This document shows, piece by piece, positions 41,705 to 51,535 of a stretch of 64,000 bases of DNA (position 1 is the first letter of the stretch; every line of letters starts with the position of its first letter). The notes beneath the pieces were generated by a model, which did not search any database, was not told the DNA's origin, and worked only from the letters and a program-made list of their open reading frames with translations. Both the position numbers and the translations under genes were made by a program. Source of the DNA: an uncultured virus (IMG/VR IMGVR_UViG_3300025705_000475) (taxonomy: Duplodnaviria > Heunggongvirae > Uroviricota > Caudoviricetes); IMG/VR virus record IMGVR_UViG_3300025705_000475. One strand, 5' to 3'.

Positions 41705-43462
41705 TTAAAATTCTACACTTCCCGCATCAGCATTATCTATCTCTGCAAGAGCCTTATTTAACCTTTCCATAATAGTTTCATCACTATCTAAAAAGTAACC
41801 TAAGAATTTTTCCACATAACCCTCAGCATCTTTTTGTACTTTGTTTAACATTTTTAATCTCTCCTCAGGGGACGCGTTTTTGAACTCATCACTTTCTCTT
41901 ATTGTATTAATTTTTTCATATTGTTCTTTAAAGTAATTAGCACCACCACCAGCACTTGAGGTTTTTTCCATAATATTAGCAATTGCATATATTGGTATTG
42001 AGACATCAAATTTTTTCATAGTATTATTCGCAACATTAGCTAAAATATCTACACTCCAATGGAGACTATTATAATCTTTATAGTCACCCGCCCCACCTAT
42101 TCCTAGAATTCCAGGGTCCTGCAGAGTTTTAGCTAATTCAGGGTTGTCCTCAAGCCATTGTGGGGTTATTTCGGTCGTAGGATTAGTTGACATTGAAATA
42201 TAGTCCATAAGGGTTTCAAACCCACCAAGAACTAAAGGTAACCCTAATAATCTTGACCCGAACTCAGTACTTAGAACACGAGGTAACATTTTTGGGGAAT
42301 TATATATCTTTCCAATTGCGGGTCCCACATCACCAGTAAATATTCTAACAAGCGCGTTCAAATATCCAAGGTCTTTTATTCTTGCCGCAGTCTTTTCACT
42401 TCTTGTAAAAATTGCCCGTTTCGCGGGCCAGAATTTTTTCAAAGCGTCTACTCTTCGGGTACGTAGCTCCAAAGCTTCTTTAATCAAACCTTCTTCAGGC
42501 TTATACGTACCATCAGGCAAAAAATCAAGTATACTAAGAACATCAGCATCTTCTGATTTTAATTTTGTAATAACATCATTGAGTTTTCCTCTTTCAGCTG
42601 ATAGTCTAGGTAAATTGTTTCTTTTCGCACTAAGTTCTTCTATTATGGCCTCTATAGCTTCTTTATTTTTTCTATTTAAAATACCTAAATTGATTTCCAT
42701 TCGTTGCACAAATCTATTTGCCTTTGTTATAGCATTCATTTTAGCTTGTCCTGTTAATTCATTGGCCTCTTTTCTTAAAGCGATATAACTATCAACATCT
42801 TTTATTACATTTTCACTATATTTTGAAGAGTTTTTAAAATAACTGATTAATACTTCTTTAAATTTAACCAATTTACCTGTAGTTCCACCTTTTTTAGCTA
42901 TTTTTGTAACGGCAACTTCTAACGCTTCTTTAAATTGATTTTTTGAAAACCCAGGGATGGACTTAAAGAAATACTCGTCTTTTATGAGACGTTCAAGTGA
43001 CTCATCCCCCCATTTAGCGATTCGTTTAAACTCTTTGTCAAAGTATCCTGCCGCGGCGATTGTTTGGTCGTTTTTTACTAAACTTTCAACTCCATTTCTC
43101 ACTTTTGTAAGTTTTTGAATTATACTATCACCCGTTTCATCTACCATTTCATCTAAACTCAACCTAAGGCCAGTTAAAGCATCATCAAAGGCCTTTGAAT
43201 TTGGTAATTTTCTCATATCCTCAAGAATTTCACCTATACCTCTAGCGACTTTCTCGTCTTTTGTAGTTAACTCTTTTAATAATCTGGCACCATCATCACC
43301 AAACTCATCAGCTAAATCAACAGTACTTTTGCTACTAATTTTTAATATATCATCTATAAATTCAACGATTCCTTTAACTAATGTCGAGCGACCACCCTCG
43401 TTGAGGATTCCCATCACTTCTTTAATTCTACTAACTTCGTTTAATACTTTTTTATTATCCAT
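41705..43462 (-). CDS. helical hypothetical late protein with leader
   Basis: Likely start MDNKKVLNEVSRIKEVMGILNE. Confidence 0.65.
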   Translation of the reverse strand: MDNKKVLNEVSRIKEVMGILNEGGRSTLVKGIVEFIDDILKISSKSTVDLADEFGDDGARLLKELTTKDEKVARGIGEILEDMRKLPNSKAFDDALTGLRLSLDEMVDETGDSIIQKLTKVRNGVESLVKNDQTIAAAGYFDKEFKRIAKWGDESLERLIKDEYFFKSIPGFSKNQFKEALEVAVTKIAKKGGTTGKLVKFKEVLISYFKNSSKYSENVIKDVDSYIALRKEANELTGQAKMNAITKANRFVQRMEINLGILNRKNKEAIEAIIEELSAKRNNLPRLSAERGKLNDVITKLKSEDADVLSILDFLPDGTYKPEEGLIKEALELRTRRVDALKKFWPAKRAIFTRSEKTAARIKDLGYLNALVRIFTGDVGPAIGKIYNSPKMLPRVLSTEFGSRLLGLPLVLGGFETLMDYISMSTNPTTEITPQWLEDNPELAKTLQDPGILGIGGAGDYKDYNSLHWSVDILANVANNTMKKFDVSIPIYAIANIMEKTSSAGGGANYFKEQYEKINTIRESDEFKNASPEERLKMLNKVQKDAEGYVEKFLGYFLDSDETIMERLNKALAEIDNADAGSVEF

Positions 43463-44783
43463 TATCTTTGTTTTTAATCGCCTTTTCAATTGCCTTTAAT
43501 GTTTCATCACCAACAATACCATCAATTTCGTCTAACATGATAGCATCTTCAATTCCATAACTATCAAGATTCATTTGAAAATATTCTACAGCGTCTTTAG
43601 TGTCGGTACCGTAAAAACTATCGGCACCTTTTTCACCTAAATCTAAACCAAGTTTAAGTAACATTTTTTGTATTTGTTTAACGGAAGGACCTTGGTCTCC
43701 GTAGTGTAAATCAGATTTACCTTTTCTAATATCATCTATAGTTATTTTTTTACCCGGTAAATTTTCTTGCTTTGTGTTAAATACTCGTTTTTCAGCGGCT
43801 TCCAATTCAGCTGGTGACCTTACCCCCTCTCCTGTAGTATTAATAGTCTCGGTCCAATCAACTAATTCTTCATCTGACATGTCATCTGTTACTCCGGTAA
43901 TTAGTTCAATTAATTTTTTTCTTAAATCACCACCAAATTCCTGAACCATATCGGCAATTTGTTTAAATTCTGATTTTTGTCTATCTTCATCATTACCCCA
44001 AAAATAAAGATATAGTTGGTCAAATCCATAATACGTACCACCTAATGTTACACCAATCTTTCCAATTTCTTTAGATAATTTACCCGAAGTCTTTAAAACC
44101 TTATAAACTAAATTAAATAACGTTTTAAGTGTTTTTTTAGAATAAATCTCAACTAAACCTTTTTTAGTGACGACCTTAAGCTCTTCTTTAATTATTTTTT
44201 GTGTAGTTTCAGAAGCTATATCTTCACCCGCCTCTTTTAAAAATTTGAGTTCTTCTTCGGTAAACTTTAGAGACTTATCCCCTTTTTTAAATTTGTTGTA
44301 TTTTTCTAATAATTCTGAAGTTGTCTTTCTTCCGAATTTTTTAACGAACCACCCACTTTTTTTAAATACTTTACCAAACTTAAATCCGGGTACTACGGTA
44401 AGACCTAACGCTATCCATGCTGAGTGAGGGTCATCGTCTACCCATTTATAAACGGCGGCATCGGCAAGACCTGCACCATAAGAAACCGCAAGAAATGCAG
44501 GTGCTAATGGACCTGTAAATGGTGCGATTATCATCGCTCCAATCTCTATTGCCATCAAAATATCATGAGCGTCAATATTATCCAACATCTCATAAAATGC
44601 CGGATGTTCCATTCTTTTAGCCTCTTGGTAAGTTATACCAAATTGGTTAGCGTGTCTTTGTGTTTGTTGCATATCAAATTTAGCATCACCTTGTTCCATT
44701 AAAGTCTTAGACCTATCGTAATTCATTAAAACAACAATTTGTTTTAATTCTTCAGTTATTATTTTATTGTTTAAGTTTCCCAT
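43455..44783 (-). CDS. late protein with hydrophobic helices and C-terminal peptidoglycan-binding domain
   Basis: GDQGPSVKQIQKMLLKLG...DSFYGTDTKDAVEYFQ...DGIVGDETLKAI (PG_binding_1 pattern). Confidence 0.7.
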   Translation of the reverse strand: MGNLNNKIITEELKQIVVLMNYDRSKTLMEQGDAKFDMQQTQRHANQFGITYQEAKRMEHPAFYEMLDNIDAHDILMAIEIGAMIIAPFTGPLAPAFLAVSYGAGLADAAVYKWVDDDPHSAWIALGLTVVPGFKFGKVFKKSGWFVKKFGRKTTSELLEKYNKFKKGDKSLKFTEEELKFLKEAGEDIASETTQKIIKEELKVVTKKGLVEIYSKKTLKTLFNLVYKVLKTSGKLSKEIGKIGVTLGGTYYGFDQLYLYFWGNDEDRQKSEFKQIADMVQEFGGDLRKKLIELITGVTDDMSDEELVDWTETINTTGEGVRSPAELEAAEKRVFNTKQENLPGKKITIDDIRKGKSDLHYGDQGPSVKQIQKMLLKLGLDLGEKGADSFYGTDTKDAVEYFQMNLDSYGIEDAIMLDEIDGIVGDETLKAIEKAIKNKDNG

Positions 44784-44798
44784 TACTTTATAAATATG

Positions 44799-45470
44799 TT
44801 AATTAAGAGGATTTGACTTACCTCTACTTATTCCTGTTTCCCACGTACCTGTGGAATCGATATGATTACCCTTACCTCTATTAACACCACTGTTCCATAC
44901 AGCTACAGTTAATGTGTTAGCGGGACCTCTACTTATTCCTGTTTCCCATGTTGTAACATTGGCATTTGTTGATGACGAATCGGCCTCTCCACCACCGTCT
45001 TCTTGTTCTCCCATCTCTTCTTTGTCACCATAGATTTCAGGGTCTTTTAAACCGTATTTTTTAATCATCTCACCAGCAACTGAATTTGCCTCATCTTCAA
45101 TAGGTCCACCAACGTTGGATACCTTACCTTCAAGGTCCCCTTTTTCATTTTGCATGTGATGTACTAACTCATGAGCGATAGAACGTAAAACGTCCACCAA
45201 TGCTCTTCCTAAGGTAAAGACTCTTATTTCAGAATCCTCAAATTTCTCATCTTCACCGTCTTTGTACTTATAAACTGCGGTTGTCTTAATACCGTCTTTA
45301 TCATTTTGAAGTTTAACTTCAACGTCATTATTGATGTTAAGTTCTTTTTTTACGAAATCGACAAAATCATCAATGGTCTTTTTCTCTGAAGAATCAAATT
45401 GTGATTCGCCCTCAGATATAATTCCCATGATTCCTTTTATTCGTGATATTTCGTTTATTAAGTGACCCAT
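44799..45470 (-). CDS. zincin-like (HExxH) protein with C-terminal repeats
   Basis: LRSIAHELVHHMQ...EDEAN; three WxxGxxRG repeats. Confidence 0.65.
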   Translation of the reverse strand: MGHLINEISRIKGIMGIISEGESQFDSSEKKTIDDFVDFVKKELNINNDVEVKLQNDKDGIKTTAVYKYKDGEDEKFEDSEIRVFTLGRALVDVLRSIAHELVHHMQNEKGDLEGKVSNVGGPIEDEANSVAGEMIKKYGLKDPEIYGDKEEMGEQEDGGGEADSSSTNANVTTWETGISRGPANTLTVAVWNSGVNRGKGNHIDSTGTWETGISRGKSNPLN

Positions 45471-45559
45471 AATTCAATAAATATTATAAAAAAGCATTAT
45501 CTTCCATTGCAGTTAAATAAAAAGGCTTATCTTTGTATTAAATAAAATACATAAACATT

Positions 45560-46039
45560 ATGAAAAATATACTATTCCTTTTATCTTTACTCATCACATT
45601 AGTTGGATGTGAGAAATATGAACTAGAAACTTACCCTACATTAGATGGTACATACCTTGTTAGTTTTATTAGACACGATGGTGTAAATACCTATGAAGGG
45701 TACGATGAAAATAACACAACATATGATGGTATGGTGTCAACAACTATTGGTGATTTAAATGTTGGTACTGAAAAGGTTTCATTTAGTGGTAGAACTTTCT
45801 ACAAAGGTTATCAAGTAACTCAAGGAAGTGATGATTGGACTGAATCATATTACTGTGAAGTGATTCAAGGAATCGATGGTTATTGGGATGATTTATTGAT
45901 TGACTATGACGGACTCCCAAGAAACTTTATAATTGAAGAAGATGGTTTAGAACATTTGGTACTAAAATTTCCTAATCAACACTTGAATAATGGTGAAAAT
46001 GTTAATATGTGGATTAGACTCTCAAGAGTAGGTCCTTAA
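45560..46039 (+). CDS. lipoprotein
   Basis: Lipobox LVGC after a hydrophobic signal; TATCTTTG promoter. Confidence 0.7.
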   Translation: MKNILFLLSLLITLVGCEKYELETYPTLDGTYLVSFIRHDGVNTYEGYDENNTTYDGMVSTTIGDLNVGTEKVSFSGRTFYKGYQVTQGSDDWTESYYCEVIQGIDGYWDDLLIDYDGLPRNFIIEEDGLEHLVLKFPNQHLNNGENVNMWIRLSRVGP

Positions 46040-46043
46040 ATAG

Positions 46044-46068
46044 AAAAAGTGGTCAATCGACCACTTTT
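46044..46068. terminator. bidirectional terminator
   Basis: AAAAGTGGTC-aatc-GACCACTTTT between convergent genes. Confidence 0.75.
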
Positions 46069-46567
46069 ACTTTTTTAATATGTTTTGAACGTGTCTTATA
46101 TTTCTAATAAACTTTTCAGGGTTTTCTTTTGCCCATTCCTTAATAGATTCGGGTAGTTTGGATTTTTTTAATTCTTCCATCACGACAACACTTAGATTCC
46201 TTTCTTTACCCCCATTAGACTCAACCATAACGTCACCTAACGACATTAATAAGTCTCTCTTAAGTTTAGGTGTCTCAGCGGAGAAAGTTATTGAGAACTC
46301 ATTATTTTCGGCCCACGACCTTAAATCTTTTAAGTTTAAAAACTTTTTCTCTTCAAAAGGGAATTTTTTTAATAACCTGTCAGGTGAAGTGTAGATACCA
46401 TATATTTTCATACTAGGACTTACCAATAGAGTTATTTTGTGTTCATCCATTCCAAAAAAAACAGGTTTCTTTAGAAAGATTCTACCTAATAATCTATTAA
46501 TCATATCAACCATAGAGCCGCTCTGTGGTTTTTCATTATCGTTATGTGGGGTAAATTTTCCTGACAT
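46067..46567 (-). CDS. hypothetical late protein
   Basis: 166 aa; TATTTATA upstream. Confidence 0.65.
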   Translation of the reverse strand: MSGKFTPHNDNEKPQSGSMVDMINRLLGRIFLKKPVFFGMDEHKITLLVSPSMKIYGIYTSPDRLLKKFPFEEKKFLNLKDLRSWAENNEFSITFSAETPKLKRDLLMSLGDVMVESNGGKERNLSVVVMEELKKSKLPESIKEWAKENPEKFIRNIRHVQNILKK

Positions 46568-46581
46568 AACTATAAATAGTC

Positions 46582-46899
46582 TTAATTGTATTCTTCGTCA
46601 GGTTTCCTATCGGGAAAAACAATATAATATTCATTTAAAAATGATAGTAGTATTTCTTCATCAATAAACTGTTCATCCACCTCTTCAAGTTCATCGTTCC
46701 ATGTTTCCATACCATCAAAATCCATGTCATAGTCATCAAAAATATCTGTAGTCATATCAATATTATATCCAAACTCTTCAACATAATGATATTCAATAGT
46801 ATCGGATACAATATTATCATTGTTTAACACTTGAAACTCGACTTTTAGTATATTATTACTTTTATTTATATATGAACTTATAATTTCTATAATTTCCAT
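46582..46899 (-). CDS. acidic hypothetical protein
   Basis: 105-aa ORF. Confidence 0.65.
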   Translation of the reverse strand: MEIIEIISSYINKSNNILKVEFQVLNNDNIVSDTIEYHYVEEFGYNIDMTTDIFDDYDMDFDGMETWNDELEEVDEQFIDEEILLSFLNEYYIVFPDRKPDEEYN

Positions 46900-46946
46900 T
46901 TCCTTAATTAAATAAATCGTTTATTTTATATACAAATATCTAAAAA

Positions 46947-47264
46947 ATGACAAAACACCTAATAGAACTACTTGATTATGATTTTATTGACGGAACATTA
47001 AACATAATGTTTTCACTAAATAATGAAGAAGGATACAGAGAAATAGAAATTTGTGAAGGAGACTTCTCAGATTATATTGAATCAATAGGAAATTTAGAAG
47101 TATTTAGTGACGAATGGGATTACGCGACAGAAAGTCATTACACCAAAGATTGGGTCATATCATATGATGAGTATATTGAGGATTATTTAGAGAAGAATGA
47201 TTTACTAGAATTTATTATTGACTACTTTTCAGATAAGGATTATCCTGAACTAATAATAGAATAA
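46947..47264 (+). CDS. acidic hypothetical protein
   Basis: 105-aa ORF. Confidence 0.6.
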   Translation: MTKHLIELLDYDFIDGTLNIMFSLNNEEGYREIEICEGDFSDYIESIGNLEVFSDEWDYATESHYTKDWVISYDEYIEDYLEKNDLLEFIIDYFSDKDYPELIIE

Positions 47265-47267
47265 TAC

Positions 47268-47846
47268 ATGAGAGTTAATACATTAATAATTGATGATTTC
47301 TATATCAATCCTGATGAGGTAAGAGAATACGCCTTAACTCAAGATTTTGATGTAGATGGTAATTACCCTGGTCATCGTACAGTCTCACATTTAGATGACG
47401 ACTTAAAAGATAGTTTACAGAATTTAGTAGAACCATTTGCAGGTAAAATCACATATTGGGGAGGAGACTATTCAGGTAGTTTTCAATACACAACATCAGA
47501 AGACCGTTCTTGGATACATTCAGATAGTACCACAGGATGGGCAGCAGTATTATACTTAACTCCAGACGCACCTGTAAGTTCAGGTACTGGATTATATAAA
47601 CATAAAGAAACAGGTCTTTGTGGTTGGGATAATAGTAAATATACTGAGGAAGAGACTTCGTTAGCCCCTCATATGTCAGAAGCCAGAGATTACACTAAAT
47701 GGGACTTAGTCGATAGATTAGGTAATAAATTTAATCGTTTAGTATTGTATCGTTCAGATAACTATCACGTATCAATGGATTACTTTGGTAAAGATAAGTA
47801 TGATGGTAGATTGTTTCAGGTATTCTTTTTTACAACTGAATACTAA
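47268..47846 (+). CDS. 2OG-Fe(II) oxygenase (DUF6445-like)
   Basis: IIDDFYINPD.VR, YPG.R, WIHSD, AAVLYL, FNRLVLY..H, RLFQVFF. Confidence 0.8.
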   Translation: MRVNTLIIDDFYINPDEVREYALTQDFDVDGNYPGHRTVSHLDDDLKDSLQNLVEPFAGKITYWGGDYSGSFQYTTSEDRSWIHSDSTTGWAAVLYLTPDAPVSSGTGLYKHKETGLCGWDNSKYTEEETSLAPHMSEARDYTKWDLVDRLGNKFNRLVLYRSDNYHVSMDYFGKDKYDGRLFQVFFFTTEY

Positions 47847-47860
47847 TTATAAATTAAAAT

Positions 47861-48577
47861 ATGAAAGATTTAATTAACCCTAATTTAGACTTAAAAAAAA
47901 TACACAAATCCTTTAAAGAGAAGGGTTATGTTGTTATAGATAATTACTTAAAAGATGAGGTTGCTGAAAATTTAAATAATTTTTTCAGTTATGAAATGCC
48001 CACTGATTGGTGGTCAATAGCCACATTTCCGTCTAAAGATATTGATGGAGTTAGTTATTTTAGAAATACTCCTGAAGAATACAATAACATACAGAAAGCA
48101 AGACAATACTCCACAGACTCTTTTGGTAGAAACGAATTTTCATATTCTTTTCATCGAACTTTAGATAACCATTTTGATGATTGTGACTGTACCGAGTGTC
48201 AGATTAGAAAGTTTTTGGATGGTAATGAATCACATGAATTAGTCTCAAAAGTAACTGATTTAACAATTACAGGTTCTAATGAAGTTTTTGCGGCTTGTTA
48301 TGTTCCTGGTGATTTTTTATCCCCACATCAAGATAGCCCTAACGGTATTATCGGATTTGTTTTACAATTAACTAAAGATTGGAAACCTGAGTATGGTGGG
48401 TTATTACATTTTTTAAATGATGATGGTGATGTTGTAGAAAATGTTGAGACACCTAAATTTAATAGCTTAACACTATTTTTACTACCTGAAGATAAAGGTA
48501 AACTACATTATGTTTCCCACGTAAACCCAGGAACACCTGAGATAAGATTATCCCTCACTGGTTGGTATAGGAATTAA
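47861..48577 (+). CDS. 2OG-Fe(II) oxygenase (prolyl hydroxylase-like)
   Basis: GDFLSPHQD, DWKPEYGGLL, PKFNSL, HYVSHV, RLSLTGW. Confidence 0.85.
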   Translation: MKDLINPNLDLKKIHKSFKEKGYVVIDNYLKDEVAENLNNFFSYEMPTDWWSIATFPSKDIDGVSYFRNTPEEYNNIQKARQYSTDSFGRNEFSYSFHRTLDNHFDDCDCTECQIRKFLDGNESHELVSKVTDLTITGSNEVFAACYVPGDFLSPHQDSPNGIIGFVLQLTKDWKPEYGGLLHFLNDDGDVVENVETPKFNSLTLFLLPEDKGKLHYVSHVNPGTPEIRLSLTGWYRN

Positions 48578-48955
48578 TTCGGGGTGTAAGTCAAAAACCA
48601 TTTTTATTAATGTTTCTAAACAGTAACATTCCTTACCTGATTGGTCGTAAATTAATTGACCATCCACCACACTAATTATTCTAGGGTTAAATTGGTGATG
48701 TTTGTAATCCCATATTACACTATCGTTCAACCCAAAATATTCCATAATTTTTGGATTTTTATTTATAGTAGTTTGGAAAAATACTACTTCAGGAAATTCG
48801 TCATTTAAATTTTTATTTACACTTTCTATTTCATCATTAAAAGGTTTAATACTTAAAGTAGAGTCTTCTTGACCTTCCTTAAATAAAAACCATATAATCT
48901 TATGGTGTTTAGTTATGTATTCAAATAGATTATTATCGTTTACGTTATATACCAT
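48548..48955 (-). CDS. thioredoxin-like fold protein without CxxC (tentative)
   Basis: 135-aa ORF; NPRIISVVDGQ resembles the Trx cis-Pro strand. Confidence 0.4.
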   Translation of the reverse strand: MVYNVNDNNLFEYITKHHKIIWFLFKEGQEDSTLSIKPFNDEIESVNKNLNDEFPEVVFFQTTINKNPKIMEYFGLNDSVIWDYKHHQFNPRIISVVDGQLIYDQSGKECYCLETLIKMVFDLHPELIPIPTSEG

Positions 48956-49554
48956 TATCTAAAAGTTTTTCCCGTTACATTTAAAGTTATTGTACGTTTT
49001 ACGCCCGAAAGTATCGGTGTGGTTCTTTGTAGTAAGTAAGATGGGAATATGACCACATCACCGACACTAAACTTAGGTCGTAATATTTCATAACCACAAT
49101 TAAACTCAGTGTCCCCACCATTATATTCTTCTTTAAGAGATAAATGTAGAGTTACTGATAATTTATTAGTATTTGAATTTACTATATCAGAATACCATAA
49201 GTAATGACCACTATTATCTGTATAGGTATTATACTCCATAAATTGATTAATACCATCCACATTAAAATTCCAACCCATTTCCTGATTAGCGCTAACAGAT
49301 AAATCATAAATTTTATCATAAATCCATGAAGTCTCATCATTTATTGGTAAGTAACTAACGCTATTTCTTCTTTTCGTATCAACAGAAATATCGGAATAAT
49401 CCAATTCGTTAATTTCTGAATCTAATTTTTCACATATTAATATTATATCATTAATTTCTTTATCATTAAATATTTCTTTATAATAGTAGTAATTTAACAT
49501 ATCGGGGATAGTATCGATAGTTTCGGTTTGGGCAGTAAAATTTGTTTTAGACAT
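48955..49554 (-). CDS. PKHD-type 2OG-Fe(II) oxygenase homologue, Fe ligands degenerate
   Basis: KLSVTLHLS..EYNGGD, GDVVIFPSY, GVKRTI; HxD replaced by YSD and distal H by Q. Confidence 0.7.
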   Translation of the reverse strand: MSKTNFTAQTETIDTIPDMLNYYYYKEIFNDKEINDIILICEKLDSEINELDYSDISVDTKRRNSVSYLPINDETSWIYDKIYDLSVSANQEMGWNFNVDGINQFMEYNTYTDNSGHYLWYSDIVNSNTNKLSVTLHLSLKEEYNGGDTEFNCGYEILRPKFSVGDVVIFPSYLLQRTTPILSGVKRTITLNVTGKTFR

Positions 49555-49604
49555 AGATTTCTATTATATTATTATTATCTTTATAAAATAAAAGTAAGTG
49601 ACCT

Positions 49605-49799
49605 ATGACAGATATCAATATAAGTAATTATTATTTTAAAGCCGAAAATGTTTTATTTTCATGTACTAACCTATCTCAAGTAAAAAATTCATTAAACTAT
49701 ATTAAACTTTATTATAGGTTAACAGGAGATTATTGTGGGTACACAATTTTAGTTAGAAAGTACCATAAACTACTAAATGAGTTAACTACGAATGATTAA
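49605..49799 (+). CDS. hypothetical protein
   Basis: 64-aa ORF overlapping the next start. Confidence 0.45.
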   Translation: MTDINISNYYFKAENVLFSCTNLSQVKNSLNYIKLYYRLTGDYCGYTILVRKYHKLLNELTTND

Positions 49800-51477
49800 T
49801 CAAAAAATAATTGATAGTTTTTTATTTTATAATGAATTAGATTTATTAGAATTAAGACTTGAAGAGTTGTATGACCATGTTGACTTATTTTTAATTGTTG
49901 AGTCAACTAAAACTTTTACGGGAAAGGATAAACCATTATATTTTAAAGAGAATATTAATCGTTTTTCAAAGTGGAAAGATAAAATAAAACATTATGTTGT
50001 TAAAGATACTCCAACAATAGTTAGTGAAAATATAATACAATCCCACACCACTATTGATTCTCAAAAAACGATAGAGTTCTATCGAGAGTCCCATCAAAGA
50101 AACTCTATAGGTTTAGCCCTAAAAGAATTAAAACTTAATTTTGAAGACATTATCATAGTTTCCGATGTTGATGAATTTCCTAATCATAAAATTTTTAACA
50201 AATTATCCGATGATTTACCATATGGGCCCGTAATTTTTAAACAAAAATGGTTAGTATGGAACACTAAATTAGAAAAAATGCATTATTGGTTAGGTTCTAC
50301 CGCCTTTTATTACTCTCATTATATATCAAATAATAAAATATTTCAAAAAATTAGAGATGATAGATGGTCAGAGTTTGAAGATACCCGTTTCACAATTAAA
50401 GAGAATGGGGGGTTTCATTTCTCTTGGTTTGGGGATTTTAACTTTATAAGACAGAAACTAAATGCTTTCTCACACACCGAACTATTGACTGAATTTTGGG
50501 ACGATGATAATAACATCACTAACTTAATTAAAGATATGTACGCGTCGAATGGTATGGATAAAGATGGTACTACTGGTAAATTAAAACCTTTTACTCAAGA
50601 CAATTACGATTTACCTAAAATATGGGATAAGATTAAAAACACAGAAATTAATATTAAACAACCAAAAATTTACGATTGTTTTTTATTCGACCATGAATTA
50701 GATATGTTAAATTTGAGGTTACATGAGATGAATAACTATGTTGACCATTTCATATTAATCGAATCTAGAAATAGTCATACAGGTAAAGATAAAGAGTTAT
50801 TTTTTCAAAAACATAAAGGTTTATTTTCTAAATTTTTACACAAAATTGAACATGTAGTGATTGATTTACCAGATGAAATTTTATATGAACCTCACCCATT
50901 AGGTGTAAATGACGAGGATAATCTCAATAAATTTAGAGAAAACTATAATAGAAACGCAATAAAAGATACTTTAGAAAGGATATCACCTAACGATGATGAT
51001 GTAATATTAATCTCAGATGTGGATGAAATATGGGACAACGACATATTGAGTAGACTTAAAAATAATCAAGTAACTTTTGACACTTTTAAAACTATACTTC
51101 AAAGATGGCACTATTGGAATTTTAAATGGGATTTTGAAAATATGTTTTGGCCTGGACCCGCCTTTTGTCGATGGTCTTATTTAAAGAGTACAACACCACA
51201 AAAAATAAGAAATGTTAGGTATGAACAAGAAACGCATCTTAATGATATTAACGGGTGGCATTTATCATGGTTCGGTAATGTTGAATGTAATATGCATAAA
51301 TTAAGAAATACTCACCACCAAGAATTAAATATACACGATAAAGAATCAGTAAGTAATATGATTAATAATGGTTACCTATTTGATGGTGAAAAAATGGTTA
51401 CTTTAGAATGGGACTATTACCCAAAATATAGACATTTAATTGAAGATGGTAAGTTATATAAAAATATCCATGAATAA
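49792..51477 (+). CDS. tandem double GT17 (beta-1,4-GlcNAc transferase-like) glycosyltransferase
   Basis: Two copies of D.FLF..ELD.L.LRL.E....VD.F...ES, SDVDE and G(F/W)H(F/L)SWFG. Confidence 0.85.
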   Translation: MINQKIIDSFLFYNELDLLELRLEELYDHVDLFLIVESTKTFTGKDKPLYFKENINRFSKWKDKIKHYVVKDTPTIVSENIIQSHTTIDSQKTIEFYRESHQRNSIGLALKELKLNFEDIIIVSDVDEFPNHKIFNKLSDDLPYGPVIFKQKWLVWNTKLEKMHYWLGSTAFYYSHYISNNKIFQKIRDDRWSEFEDTRFTIKENGGFHFSWFGDFNFIRQKLNAFSHTELLTEFWDDDNNITNLIKDMYASNGMDKDGTTGKLKPFTQDNYDLPKIWDKIKNTEINIKQPKIYDCFLFDHELDMLNLRLHEMNNYVDHFILIESRNSHTGKDKELFFQKHKGLFSKFLHKIEHVVIDLPDEILYEPHPLGVNDEDNLNKFRENYNRNAIKDTLERISPNDDDVILISDVDEIWDNDILSRLKNNQVTFDTFKTILQRWHYWNFKWDFENMFWPGPAFCRWSYLKSTTPQKIRNVRYEQETHLNDINGWHLSWFGNVECNMHKLRNTHHQELNIHDKESVSNMINNGYLFDGEKMVTLEWDYYPKYRHLIEDGKLYKNIHE

Positions 51478-51503
51478 AAAAAGGACGGTTAAAACCGTCC
51501 TTT
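51476..51503. terminator. bidirectional terminator
   Basis: AAAGGACGG-ttaaaa-CCGTCCTTT between convergent genes. Confidence 0.75.
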
Positions 51504-51535
51504 AATAATTTTCGAATAGAACCGAAAGTTATTTA

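Noticed and set aside
44820..44948. 24-nt direct repeats with about 50-nt periodicity resembling a mini CRISPR array
   Set aside because: In-frame protein repeats within a CDS; the middle copy is degenerate at the DNA level; no cas genes in the window.
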